DNA of 20,000 nucleotides from Perkinsus olseni (Eukaryota): NCBI GenBank assembly GCA_013115125.1, contig JABANN010000070.1, positions 61,208 to 81,207 of the forward strand, read 5' to 3'. Shown piece by piece: positions 1 to 10,802 of this stretch (position 1 is its first letter; each line of letters starts with the position of its first letter). The notes under the pieces were generated by a model. It saw only the letters and a program-made list of their open reading frames with translations, ran no database searches and was not told where the DNA came from. The position numbers and the translations under genes were made by a program.

Positions 1-2607
1 GTCAAGGGCATCGTTATCACTGGTGAAGGCAAGTTCTTCTCGGGTGGCGCTGAGATCATGGAGTTCGAGTACCACATACGTCGAGGCGCCAAGATGGACA
101 TGGCGTCGGGCATCCACGTTGTCATGAACACCATCGACAGCACCAACAAGCCCGTCGTGGCCGCCATCAATGGTATGGCCCTTGGTGGTGGCTTCGAGGT
201 GGCCTTGGCGAGCCACTATCGTGTAGCCGTCCCTACTGCTAAGGTTGGTCTGCCTGAGGTTAACCTAGGCCTCCTACCGGGCGGTCAGGGCACGCAGAGG
301 CTGCCGAGGTTGGCTGGCGTCCAAGTTGCTCTGCAGACCATGCTGGCTGGTCAGCCCATCCCTGCACCTCTGGCAAAACGCCAGAAGATGATCGATGAGA
401 TCGTTCCTGCCGATAAGCTCATCGACGCGGCTGCTACTATCGCTCTCACCAAGCCGGTAAGGAGGACCAGTGAGATGACCTGCACTACAGCGGACAGGGT
501 TATGGTCGTCGGTGGTGCTGTGGAGATGGGCCTCAACCAGATAGACCGATTCCGCAAGCATCAGATCGCCCCCGACGCCATCGGTCGATGTGTTAAGGCG
601 GCGGTCGAGAGCGGCGGCGACTTCCAGAAGGGCTGCCGGGTCGAGCAGCAGGAGTTCGACAAGTTGCTCTACTCGAAGGAATCCGGGGCGTTGCGGCATT
701 TGTTTTTCGCCGAGAGATTGGCTAACAAAGTCTCCGGTGTGAGGGCCAAGCCTTTGCCGATTAGGAAGGTCGGTGTGGTCGGAGCTGGCCTGATGGGTGG
801 TGGCATCGCCATGTGCTTCGTTGCCAAGGTAGGGTCATCATGCGAACCCTTTTCCTCCTGCTTGTACTCCTACTTTTTAGGGCATCCCCGTGGTGTTGTT
901 GGACGCCAAGCAGGAGTTCTTGTCGAAGGGTATGGGCCTCATCAGGAAGAACTACGAGACCAGTGTCGCCAGGAAGAGTATCAAACCCGAAGTGGCCGTC
1001 AAGCGGCTGGGGCTCATCAAACCTTCGCTGGACTATGCTGACTTCGCCGACTGTGACATCGTCATCGAGGCCGTTTTCGAGAATCTCAAGTTGAAGCAAG
1101 ATATATTCAAGCAGCTTGATAAGGTATGCCTCTCCCCTGTACAGCCTGCCGCCCATGTTCGCTTTCAGGTGGCCAAGCCGGACGCCCTGCTTTGCAGCAA
1201 CACCTCGAGCCTGGACATCGACGCCATAGCATCAGCTGTCCCTAGAAGGGCTAAGAACGTCGTTGGAACGTGAGTGCTCACAGTTGGCTATCACAACCAC
1301 TCGCGGATCGGAGTTGCAGGCACTTCTTTTCTCCGGCCAATGTTATGAAGCTCCTCGAGAACGTCCGCACTAAGGAGGCATCGGACACCACTATAGCGAC
1401 AGTGATGGCGATGGGAAAGCTCATAAACAAGGTGAGCTCGCAGGTATCCTGGACAAGTCGGCGAGGCGCTTCGTGTAGGTGGCTGTGCTGGTGGGCAACT
1501 GTGATGGGTTCGTCGGAAACCGCATGCTCGGGCCGTACGGCGCTGAGGTGCGGCAGATGGTGGAGGAAGGTAGTTGAGACTAGTCAAGTTGACTGAGGAG
1601 AGGGGAGCGCCTCGGCTCAGGTGGCGATCTGGCCAAGTTCGACGCTGTCGCTACGGACTTCGGCATGGCTATGGGCCCTCTGTCTATGTCCGATCTTGTC
1701 GGCCAAGATCTTTTCTGGAGAGCCAGGTATGTGCATGCGTGCTAATATCACCCCATACGCTCCTCTTGTGGTTGTTAGGAAAATGGCGGGTGACATGAAG
1801 CTTGAAACTGCAGTCGCCATAGGTCCGCATGACCTCACCGACTGGCTGTGCGAAAAGGGCCGATTCGGTCAGAAAGCTGGCAAGGGTGAGTTGTCTAAGC
1901 GCTGGCCTCGTTGGTGGGCTCACTGCTAAGTAGGTATCTATGTCTACGGCAAGGGCAGAGGCGACAAGAAGCTCGACAAGGAGGTATTGGATGGAGTAAA
2001 GGAGATTCAGAAGCGGAAGGGTCGGTGTGACGATAGCAGCCCGATGGTGGACTGAGGTACTCTCAGGTGTCATCACTCCCAGAGAGATTGATGAGAAGGA
2101 AATGCTGGAGAGGATGCTCTTCCCCTTGGTCAATGAAGGATTCAAGGTGAGCGAAGGTCCCGGGATCGATCCTCACAGAGGTCGTTTTTACTGCAGATCC
2201 TCGAGGAAGGTATGGCTCAGCGACCGAGTGATATCGATATCGTGTGGATATACGGCTACGGCTTCCCACCGGTGAAGGTGTGATGAAGATGAGTTGATGA
2301 CTCAGGGGAGCATTCTCATGTTAGGGCGGTCCGATGCACTGGGCTGACAACTACATCGGCCTCAACTACCTTCTTGAGCGTCTACGTTTTTACGACAATC
2401 AGGCAGCGGAGCGATGCGCCAGAAATAAGAATTACAGGAAACCCAAGTAGGTCATCCGAGTGCTTCTCCCGGCCGGCTTGATTCCCTGTCAGGTACTTCG
2501 TTCCGAGTCGCCTTCTTGAGGACTGTGTGAAATCCAATATGAAATTGGCCGACTACTGGATGAAGAAGGAGAGGGAAGCAAGACGCCAGTCCTCCTCCAA
2601 GTTGTGA
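1..2607 (+). CDS. Peroxisomal bifunctional enzyme (enoyl-CoA hydratase / 3-hydroxyacyl-CoA dehydrogenase), multi-exon, 5'-truncated by the window
   Basis: Crotonase motifs ([40 protein letters not shown]), Rossmann [36 protein letters not shown]. Short GT-AG introns (e.g. 829-880, 1124-1168, 1270-1319, 1432-1478, 1570-1620) restore the frame. The last exon ends ...RQSSSKL-TGA (2605-2607), a PTS1. Confidence 0.95.
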
Positions 2608-2837
2608 TCATCCGCCCCCAGTGACCGGGCGAAGTCGAAGCAGAGACTTGTCCGTAGTTAATTTTTTAAATAGACTGCTACGATTTGTTTCTAGTGTTAC
2701 CGCAGTATCAAAAACGCTTTCATGTTACGCCCACTGCTGCTGTTGAGTTATCGAGAGTAAACTCGTGGAGGTTCGAAATGGCGCGTGCTAGCGGGCCATG
2801 GGGCGCTGGGCGAGATGTTGGATTCTTGGTTGGTCGG

Positions 2838-3755
2838 ATGTTCTCATTAATATCTGGTTTTTATCGATGGTTGACTGAGCGGGAAGAGCGAAAGCTTATC
2901 ATAGTGGGAGTTGACAATGCAGGTGATTCGGATGAGAGAGGTCGGTTGGTGGAAGGCGGCCTGTGTAGGGAAGACGACGACTTTGGAGCAGCTGAAGCGG
3001 AATTACACTGGCAAGGGTATGGAGCCTGATAGGATACCGCCTACAGTAGGCCTGAATGGTACTATTTGGTAGCTAGAGGTGTCAGAAAAACACTCGCTGT
3101 CAGTTGGTCGGATAACGATGGACCATGTTGACGCAGTGTTCTGGGACGTTGGTGGGCAGATAGCTCTTCGTGAGCTTTGGAGTAGCTACTACGAGGTACT
3201 CCTGACTGGCCTCATTGTCCTTCACCTCCCCTCCTCCAGGATTGTAATGGTATCGTGTTCGTAGTGGACTCGGGTGATGAGAAGAGGATGCGTAATGACG
3301 TCGCGACGGCGTTGAGGCAGGTAGAGATTACCCGTTAGTTCGCACAGAGGCTGATCTATAGGATCAGGTCTTGTCTGATCGGCGGTTGGCTCATAAGCCT
3401 CTAGCCTTCTTGTGTAACAAGCATGACCTTCCTAACGCCCTTCCGGCTGCTGAGGTAGTAGCAAGAGGAGGGAAACGGTTGCGTTGTGCATAGACTTGGG
3501 GCAGGTACAGGAGATAGTGGGCCTACCTGAGCAGATCGATCGACCGATGAAGGTGTTCTCGGTTAGCGCCCTTAAGAAGTAATGCTGGTGTTCAGTCTAA
3601 TGTCTTGTTCACTGGCCCATTGCTATCCGACGCTTCTCTTCAGCGAGGGCATCGATGATGCCATGCACTGGCTACTTCGGGAAGCCAATAACACCAACAA
3701 TAGCTGTATCGCCTCGACAGGAGCAGCAGCAGACTCGGCAGCAGCAGCTGAGTGA
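2838..3755 (+). CDS. ARFRP1: ARF-related small GTPase (ARFRP1 / yeast Arl3-like), multi-exon
   Basis: Spliced translation MFSLISGFYRWL...GVDNAG|KTTTLEQLK...PTVGLN|VG...FWDVGGQ...LWSSYYE|DCNGIVFVVDS...NKHD...SAL. G1-G5 motifs are present, and the N-terminus has no myristoylated Gly2, as in ARFRP1. Confidence 0.9.
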
Positions 3756-3850
3756 CGATCCATACTCCTACTCCTACTACTACCATTAGTAGCATTTCAT
3801 TGAAACTCAGGGAGGGTTGCGCAGGGTGTAGGCCAGCGCGGTCAACTTAG

Positions 3851-5162
3851 ATGTTTTCGCCTCCTATGGTGGATAGTGAGGCGATGTACGGAGTGGCACC
3901 GAAGAAGCCCGACCAAGAACATCATCGGCATCATGCCGGGGGCCATACGAAGGGCCCCCCTTCCTCCTCCTCGGCATTGCCTCCTCAATTCGACAAGCCG
4001 CCATTGACAGCCCGAATTCATAAACTTATAAAGGAGGGCCGGTGAGTTACTTGGTTCAGCAAACGGATGGAAAATTTCTCTTTTCAATCCTCCAATCCCT
4101 GAGTGCTCTAGGCTTGGTCAGGCTCGATTTAACACATACCAAGATATCAGAACTCAACTTCCGCCCGCTACGGTCGAGCGACTACGAAGAGGTATATCGG
4201 CGTCGCCTAGCATACCGGTCTTGAGCCTTTGTCAGGTTGAGAGCCTCCACAATGAGTGGTTCCCAGTCCACTATGATGGTGCATTCTTTACAGCAGCAAC
4301 TAACGGCGACTGCTACTCCCTGGCCGCCACCGTACCCCTTCCTGCAGGCTCAGTCTCAGAACGGGAGGATAGTGATGTAACGAGCATGCGGGTAGACCGG
4401 GGTGGGATGTCATATGATTGGTGTTAGGCAATCTTGGGAATCATCACGGTGTCCACCGGTCGTACAGCCCAGACGGAAAACCCGGACACATTTTTGGAGA
4501 TAATGCGACATAAGTAAGGCCACTACCAGCCTGCCAGCCGATAGCCCCTCATGATCGTCTTCGGCAGTACGGATTTTTTCTCTACGGTCACCTCGCACGA
4601 GCAGTCTTTGGCCTACATGCTCACGCTCGGTACAGCGGACGAGGCCAGAGGTCGTGGCTTAGCCTCTGAGCTGGTCCTCAGGGCACTTGCCGAAGTAAGG
4701 GGAGAGCTATGCTGATCATGATGAGATCGGTGTGGTAGGTGAAGCGGCAGTACCCCGACTGTGGGGCGATGTACCTTCACGTCATCGACTATAATACGGC
4801 TGCTATCAGGATGTACGAAAAGATCGGTTTCCGTTGTGTTGGCTTTCACAAAGGTAATCTGCTGCTAGTGCATGTCTATCGCTGACGTACTCAAGAGTAC
4901 CAGGTTTTTATACTATCGATGGGGAGCCCTATGACGCCTACACCTACGCCTACTACTACCCCCCTGCCATACTCCCAGTATCCGTATACACTGGCCTCTC
5001 ATGGTTCAGGCCCCTCTTCTCTACCGTCCGCTCGGTAAGTGTATCTTCCTTGAGTTCTGCTATTCTGCTGCTGTTGTTTTTCAGTCCTTCCGTAGTTTTG
5101 TCAACTCCACCCCAACCGAACAGCAGCCAAAAACACCTCCCAGAATTGATAAGCCTGACTGA
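3851..5162 (+). CDS. NAA60: N-alpha-acetyltransferase 60 (NatF)-like GNAT, multi-exon
   Basis: LHNEWFPVHYDGAFF, YMLTLGT..EARGRGLAS (acetyl-CoA motif), MYLHVIDYNTAAIRMYEKIGF, FYTIDGEPYDAYTYAYY. Last intron 5035-5084, then stop TGA 5160-5162. The first exon and start are less certain. Confidence 0.85.
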
Positions 5163-5460
5163 TCCACACGTCCGTTGTTGAGTTAATGAGTTACTGCCAA
5201 GCTGTGTGTGCGGAGCACAACTTGTTGTGTGTAGAGTAAATAAGCGCATCGTAGGGAGAGTTCGGATATCTTTCGTGTGCGGTGCTGCACAGTGTTACTG
5301 TGCTGCAGGCGAGCGAGAGAGACATGGTATCTATGCACTGGCCTTGAGTTGATAAGTTCATCAGGGTATCAGGCTTGGCGGTGGCTTGAGTTGTCTACCG
5401 AGCGAGTGCGTTTCAGTTGCTTGTGTAAGGCGAGTCCTGTTTTTTTTTCTTCCGTTGTCC

Positions 5461-6573
5461 ATGCTTGCGTCCGAAGGTATCACCGAGATCGCTGAGAAGC
5501 ACTGCAGCGACGAAGTCATGTGTGAGGCTATCGTGGAAGTCCTCGAAGATGGGGATGTTAACCGAGTGACCTTACTCGCTAATCTGAAAGAATCCGACGT
5601 CAACTCCCTCCGTGAGTCGGTGCTGAAGAAGGACGATGCTCTCAAAGACAAGAAGATTGCTGTTGGGGCCACTCTGAGAACTATGATCAGGGAGGCATCG
5701 TTCCAAGTGGACTTGGCCGAGTCTGCTAGCAAGGTAGCACAGAGCACCAACCGTCATGAGCAAGCGCTCGCAACCTTCAAGCGCCGCGTCGAGAGCCTGA
5801 AGGGCGCCTTCGGCCTTGATCTGCTAGACAATGATGTCTTCCCTACGTTGGAAATATTCAACAAGTTGAGGACGAGTCTGGGGTCTTTCATTAGTTTCAA
5901 GAAGGAACTGATGAACTGCAAGTATGCCGCGGTACAGAAGAACGTCTCCGTTAATCTTACCACATCTACCGGTGCCACGACAACGGCCTCTATCCCCCTC
6001 AAGGAAGCGGAGCTAGACGATCCTGGTGACAGCAAGTTGTCGGGCTGTGGGTGGCTCTGCTGCTACAATAGATATGTGATTGGTCTTCTGCTGGCTGACC
6101 GCGAGGACACACCCGGCGAGTCTGAGGCACTGACCTTCTCGCACATCGACCCCCTTACCCTCTTGACCTACCAGGCTAAAATTGCCCAGATCGCGGCCGA
6201 CGCCGGCTGGGCCTTGGCGACTCAGGTTGACGACCGCTTCCGCAAGACCGTCGAGACCAAGTTCATGAACGGCTGCCCCCTGCGGCAGTGCTTTCAAGAC
6301 GCGGCTACTCTAGCTGGCGTCAGACTGGAACTGTCTATGAAGCCCGCGGAGAACCGCAACCCTAAGCGGAATGGCCGTGGATCTTCGTCTTCCGATGACT
6401 CTTACAACCACAAGCAGCAGAAGAGATCTAGAGGGATTTGCTTCCAGTTCCGCGACTATGGTTCCTGCGATCGTCAGGACTGCCCATATGTTCATCGCAA
6501 GGCTCCTAACTCTAAGACTGGCGGCGGCAAGAAGGACAAGCCCTCTGGAAAGCTCAACTCCGACAGCAAGTAA
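5461..6573 (+). CDS. Gag-like ORF1 with C-terminal CCCH zinc finger
   Basis: First ATG at 5461, 370 aa, no introns. WLCCYNRY...LLTYQAKIAQIAADAGWALATQVDDRFR resembles the W..Y..I...gW...YD..FR block of YR-retrotransposon ORF1. CFQFRDYGSCDRQDCPYVH is C-x8-C-x4-C-x3-H, followed by a basic tail. Confidence 0.8.
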   Translation: MLASEGITEIAEKHCSDEVMCEAIVEVLEDGDVNRVTLLANLKESDVNSLRESVLKKDDALKDKKIAVGATLRTMIREASFQVDLAESASKVAQSTNRHEQALATFKRRVESLKGAFGLDLLDNDVFPTLEIFNKLRTSLGSFISFKKELMNCKYAAVQKNVSVNLTTSTGATTTASIPLKEAELDDPGDSKLSGCGWLCCYNRYVIGLLLADREDTPGESEALTFSHIDPLTLLTYQAKIAQIAADAGWALATQVDDRFRKTVETKFMNGCPLRQCFQDAATLAGVRLELSMKPAENRNPKRNGRGSSSSDDSYNHKQQKRSRGICFQFRDYGSCDRQDCPYVHRKAPNSKTGGGKKDKPSGKLNSDSK

Positions 6574-6683
6574 TGCGACGTTCTCATTCTCATGTGTTGG
6601 TTTTTTTTCTTCCTTGTACTCGATCTGCCGTGTGATCGACTGAACTGTCTTTGACTCCAATCTGAATCTTGCGTTGTCACCCA

Positions 6684-7213
6684 CCAGTCTGGATTCGAAA
6701 TGTCCTCACTGGAGGAGGGTCCGGTCCGTACGTGACGACCGGGCGGGCAGTGGATGGGCGGAATCAGTTAGTAAAACACGCTACTGATGGCCCCCATAAC
6801 TGTTCGATGGGTCCATGATGACTCATAGTGCGGCCAGAGTGGCCTTTAGTTCGGCAGGACGCCTGCCCAGGAGACAGCCAGGCTGTCACAGCCTTGGGCT
6901 GCTAGTGATAGTCGGTCACTTGGGGTGACTCACTGCCCGTCAACCTTGGGGCCGGACTCCATCTGTTGGAGACAATATCTGGATGTTATCCAGAAAACCC
7001 GGAGGTCTGCCGTATACAGGCGTTCCGGTTGATTGATAGGCACAACTCGCGGCCGTCGGGACACAGAACGGGTGCTCCGTACTTGCGAGTGGTGCACTGT
7101 CGTCACTAGCATTGCTAGTCTAGCAACGGCTCCACAGAGATCCGCCCAGCATGGGTGCGAGTCGGCTTGCTGTGTGCAAGCCTGGAACCCTGGCGGGGGA
7201 CTCCCACAGCAAG
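6684..7213 (+). other. Highly structured RNA element in the gag-pol spacer (IRES-like candidate)
   Basis: Nested 9-11 bp stems with G-U wobbles plus two crossing 8-10 bp pairings. See findings. Confidence 0.6.
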
Positions 7214-9502
7214 AGGAACGAGACCTTTCAGACATCAAACTTTATTTTTTTTTGTCGGTCGCTTGCGCCAATCTCTGGCCTCTCTTCCAATCGTCCCGGC
7301 GCTCTAGCGCGTCCCTTCTTGTTCAGGTATGCTCAGGAGTCGGGCGGTATAACCCGCCCCGGGGATATCTTAGCGCATGTTCGCGGCATATCTGAAGCCG
7401 CCATAAGCCAGGCAACGGCCGCCGACGATCATGCTCTTGACTCCCTGGTGGACGGCTCTGGTGAGCGGGCTTTCCTCTCGAATGATGGCTTCGGGGCCCC
7501 GTCAGAACGTACGACAGCGTTGGTTGACGTCTTCCTGAAAGAGGTTGAAAACCTGTCAACCCCAGAAGTCGAGCGCTCGGTTCGGGAGTGGGTGGGCCTT
7601 GATCGCGAGGCCCAAAGCGCGAGCGGGTTGTGGGATGAACTTTATCCGCTCATCCAGGAATGCGGGGACCGTATCAGGAGCTCGTGGGGTTCTATGCTCG
7701 GCGTCGAGACCCGTCCGGCAGCCGCCGGGGGGCCTATCCGTGCGCTGTTGATGCGTGAAGTCCTGCGCGAGCTTCAGGAGGAATATCCTGGCCGTGTACT
7801 GGACTGGGGGATATTCGACCTGGTGGACCAGGGCGTGCCCCTCGGTACTACTTCAACAGTGCCACGTAGTGGATCTTGGCCGCGTTTCTCTCCCCACAAC
7901 CGACCAAAGTACCCACTATCTCGCGAACTATGGTGTAATTACAAATCTGCAGAAGAATACGAACGCGAGGTCCTGTCCACGGTGATGTCCGAGATCGACT
8001 CCGGACGTATGGCCGTAATCGATGACAGTGATAACTACAAAGTGAAGGCCATAACTCGCTTAGCGTGTATTCCGTACTTTCGCAGCGACGGATCCATCCG
8101 AAAGGTCCGTTTGGTTGACGATATGCGCCGAAGTGGCGCTAATGGCATCATAGAGAAGAATCTCGAAGAGACAATTCTACTACCAACCATCCGGTCTGCC
8201 GTCGCGACTTTGATACGGTGCTGTGATAAGGCTGAGGTCGGCACGGACGATTCGGACGACAACCTCTACTGGATAGAGTCCGATGTCCGAGGGGCGTTTC
8301 GTCTTTTGGCCTTGGCCCCCGAGGACACTTGGTTCTGCGTGAACAAGGTGGGTAACCTCATGGTGAGGCACCTAGTCTTGCCATTCGGTGCTACAAGCAG
8401 CCCTCTACTCTTCGTGCGCGTTTCGTCCGGGGTCTCTCTCCTGGAATGCCGTATCCGGAGACAGGCCAAGCTCGACCCTCGTGTCATAATCTACGTGGAC
8501 GATCGTGGGTCCGCGGCCAGATGGAGACGAATCGTCCAGGCATTGCTCATATCAGTAGTTACAGATGCAGTATGTGGTGTCCCGACGGCGTTCGACAAGT
8601 TTCATGCGTCTAGGGAACCGCATTGCCACGGCTTTGTCATGGACTTGCAGAGGGAAGGCTTGACGATTTCGCAGGAGAAGTGTTCACTGATGGTCGCGCC
8701 TCTCGCGACGCTCGACCGGGCTGGCAAGGCTGTCTGCGTTAAGACCTTGCGCCGCCTCACGGGCCGCCTCACATGGTTGGGCGGTGTCTTTAGGAAGATT
8801 AACCCCTTCATTCGTCCGTTTCATTCCATTTGCAAGGTGGCCGAGGCAAAAGAGCTGCGATCGATCAGAATAGGTCGGGAGCTCGTAGAAGCGGCTCGCT
8901 TCCTCAAGCACTTCCTGGAACGGGACTGCACCATCTCCTTCAACAGCCTCCTACCGGAGTTGGGGCCTGCATATCGGGCTGTTGTGATATCAGATGCTTC
9001 ACGTAATTATCTGGGCGGGGTTGTCGCCCAAACAGGCAACCAGAACCAACCACACCTTCTGTGGTACCATCTGGACTTGATGGACGATACAGTCTCGAGC
9101 GAGATAATGAAGATCTTGGCGGCCGACACTGAAGCAATAGAGGGTATTTGCTTCTACGAGCTGTTGTCTGCCGCCTTGGGCGCCCTCTTATCCGAGCCAG
9201 GAACCCCCGTGGTAGTCGTGTCCGATAACCGAGCGTGTGTGGAGGTCCTGCGTAAGATGCGTGGCAAGTCAGCCGCTTTGAACTCCATTCTGCAACGTAT
9301 GATGGTCATACGTCCCGAGTTAGCTGGTGCGGCAACGCTGCATGCCTACCACCTGAGCGGTGAGCGCAACCTTCTCGCTGACCAGATATCGAGGTCTGAC
9401 ATTTCCCATAACAGGAGTATCTTCGCCGCGATGAGCGGCGCGGCTGAGAGAGACGTCTCTGGACTATTAGCCGCCCTGGCCCGAGCACTTCCCTCTCAGT
9501 AG
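7151..9502 (+). CDS. Reverse transcriptase-RNase H (ORF2)
   Basis: 783 aa open frame. RT motifs: NYKSA, KVRLVDDMRRSGAN, SDVRGAFRLL, LPFGATSSPLLF, YVDD, LRRLTGRLTW. RNase H motifs: SDAS, YELLSA, SDN, HLSGERNLLADQISR. No protease or DDE integrase seen. Confidence 0.95.
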   Translation: MGASRLAVCKPGTLAGDSHSKRNETFQTSNFIFFCRSLAPISGLSSNRPGALARPFLFRYAQESGGITRPGDILAHVRGISEAAISQATAADDHALDSLVDGSGERAFLSNDGFGAPSERTTALVDVFLKEVENLSTPEVERSVREWVGLDREAQSASGLWDELYPLIQECGDRIRSSWGSMLGVETRPAAAGGPIRALLMREVLRELQEEYPGRVLDWGIFDLVDQGVPLGTTSTVPRSGSWPRFSPHNRPKYPLSRELWCNYKSAEEYEREVLSTVMSEIDSGRMAVIDDSDNYKVKAITRLACIPYFRSDGSIRKVRLVDDMRRSGANGIIEKNLEETILLPTIRSAVATLIRCCDKAEVGTDDSDDNLYWIESDVRGAFRLLALAPEDTWFCVNKVGNLMVRHLVLPFGATSSPLLFVRVSSGVSLLECRIRRQAKLDPRVIIYVDDRGSAARWRRIVQALLISVVTDAVCGVPTAFDKFHASREPHCHGFVMDLQREGLTISQEKCSLMVAPLATLDRAGKAVCVKTLRRLTGRLTWLGGVFRKINPFIRPFHSICKVAEAKELRSIRIGRELVEAARFLKHFLERDCTISFNSLLPELGPAYRAVVISDASRNYLGGVVAQTGNQNQPHLLWYHLDLMDDTVSSEIMKILAADTEAIEGICFYELLSAALGALLSEPGTPVVVVSDNRACVEVLRKMRGKSAALNSILQRMMVIRPELAGAATLHAYHLSGERNLLADQISRSDISHNRSIFAAMSGAAERDVSGLLAALARALPSQ

Positions 9503-9517
9503 CGACTGTTCTGCATC

Positions 9518-10710
9518 ATGTCTGATCATGTTTCTGTCACAGGCAATGGTTGAGTTGCGGCCGGAGGGCATGGAGACTCGTGACGTTATTTGCAGGCCTC
9601 AACTTGTCATGTTTCAGCCTCTCCACTGGAGAGGCTGAAACACTGGAGAGTCTCCAGGCATGCCAGCGTGAGTTGCTCGCTGGGCGCCCTAGAGTTGTAG
9701 CCACGAGGCAGCGGGTCCCTCCACCGTCCGCGCCACGCGGCGACAGGCCTCGTCATGAACGGATACGGAAGGCCCCAAGCGTAGCTCGTCGAGGGTGTGC
9801 CAAGAGAGCGTCAAGGGTTTCCAAGCGTCTGACCGAGGCTGACATATGCTCGTTCCTATCTGAAGCCCGGGCTCCTAGCACAAGGAGGTCGTATGATGCT
9901 ATCAGGAGAGCATATTCTGGTGTTATGGACAGTGCCTCGCTGCCACCGTACCCGTATACGCCAGCCAAGGCAGTCCGCTTTATAGCGTCCTTGATGAGGG
10001 CCGACTTCACATATGAGAGTGTACGGAACTACGCCCAGAGAATCAAGGCGTTAGCCCGAGAGGATCATGGCGACACGTTTGATACGCAAGGTGAGGAACG
10101 ATTCAAGTTGGCGCTCCGGGCAGCGTCCAAGCTGTGTCGGCAGAGCGGTACGACGGAGCAATCTCGAGCGGGTACATTCACGGCAGTGGAACTCGCATCC
10201 ATCTCCAAGGTGCAGGACCCCCGCCCTGAGGGAACCGTCTGTGCTATCTTGTGCGGTACAAGCTGCCTGCTGAGGGTAGGCGAGCTACTGTCATTAACCA
10301 AAAAGGATGTCCTATTCAGTGAAGATGGGCGGGAAGCTTCTGTGACCGTGAGAAAGAGCAAGACAGACCCCGGCGGTCGTGGTTGCACATTGACGATTGG
10401 GTGTTGTTGTACAGTCGACTCTGCACAGGACGAATGCCCAGTGCACAGGCTGAGATGGTGGGCCTCCATGTGTGACGACGCCTCCAGCCAGTTGTTCCCC
10501 TACTCACGGGACGTCTTCGTCGCAGCTATGCACGACGTAACTGTGAAAGCCCTGGGCCACGAGAATATCGCCTCCCGGGTTTTTAAAGGACATTCCCTGA
10601 GGCGGTCGGGTGCCCAGATACTGTTCCATCACGGTGTAAATTTGGAACACATCGTCGAGATGGGACGTTGGGCTTCTACGAGATCTTTGTCAATGGCCTA
10701 CTGTATCTGA
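9518..10710 (+). CDS. Tyrosine recombinase (ORF3), with a probable first exon 9518-9548 and intron 9549-9595
   Basis: RAPSTRRSY N-terminal block, LLRVGELL (catalytic R), KSKTD (K), CPV, GHSLRRSGA (HxxR), GRWAS (W), then Tyr. ATG 9518 joins the ORF in frame after removal of a 47-nt GT-AG intron. Confidence 0.9.
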
Positions 10711-10802
10711 GGGACGGCGCTTATAAAACAGGTCGCCAGGCCGAGCTCACTCGTATCATGTTCGACCCTTCGCGGTTCCAGAAAGTGAGAGACTAAACAT
10801 CC

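Noticed and set aside
6711-7002. RNase P-like words GAGGAGGGTCCGG and CAGAAAACCCGG; group II-like GTGCG at 7155
   Set aside because: The matches are loose, with no proper P4 helix and no group II domain V.
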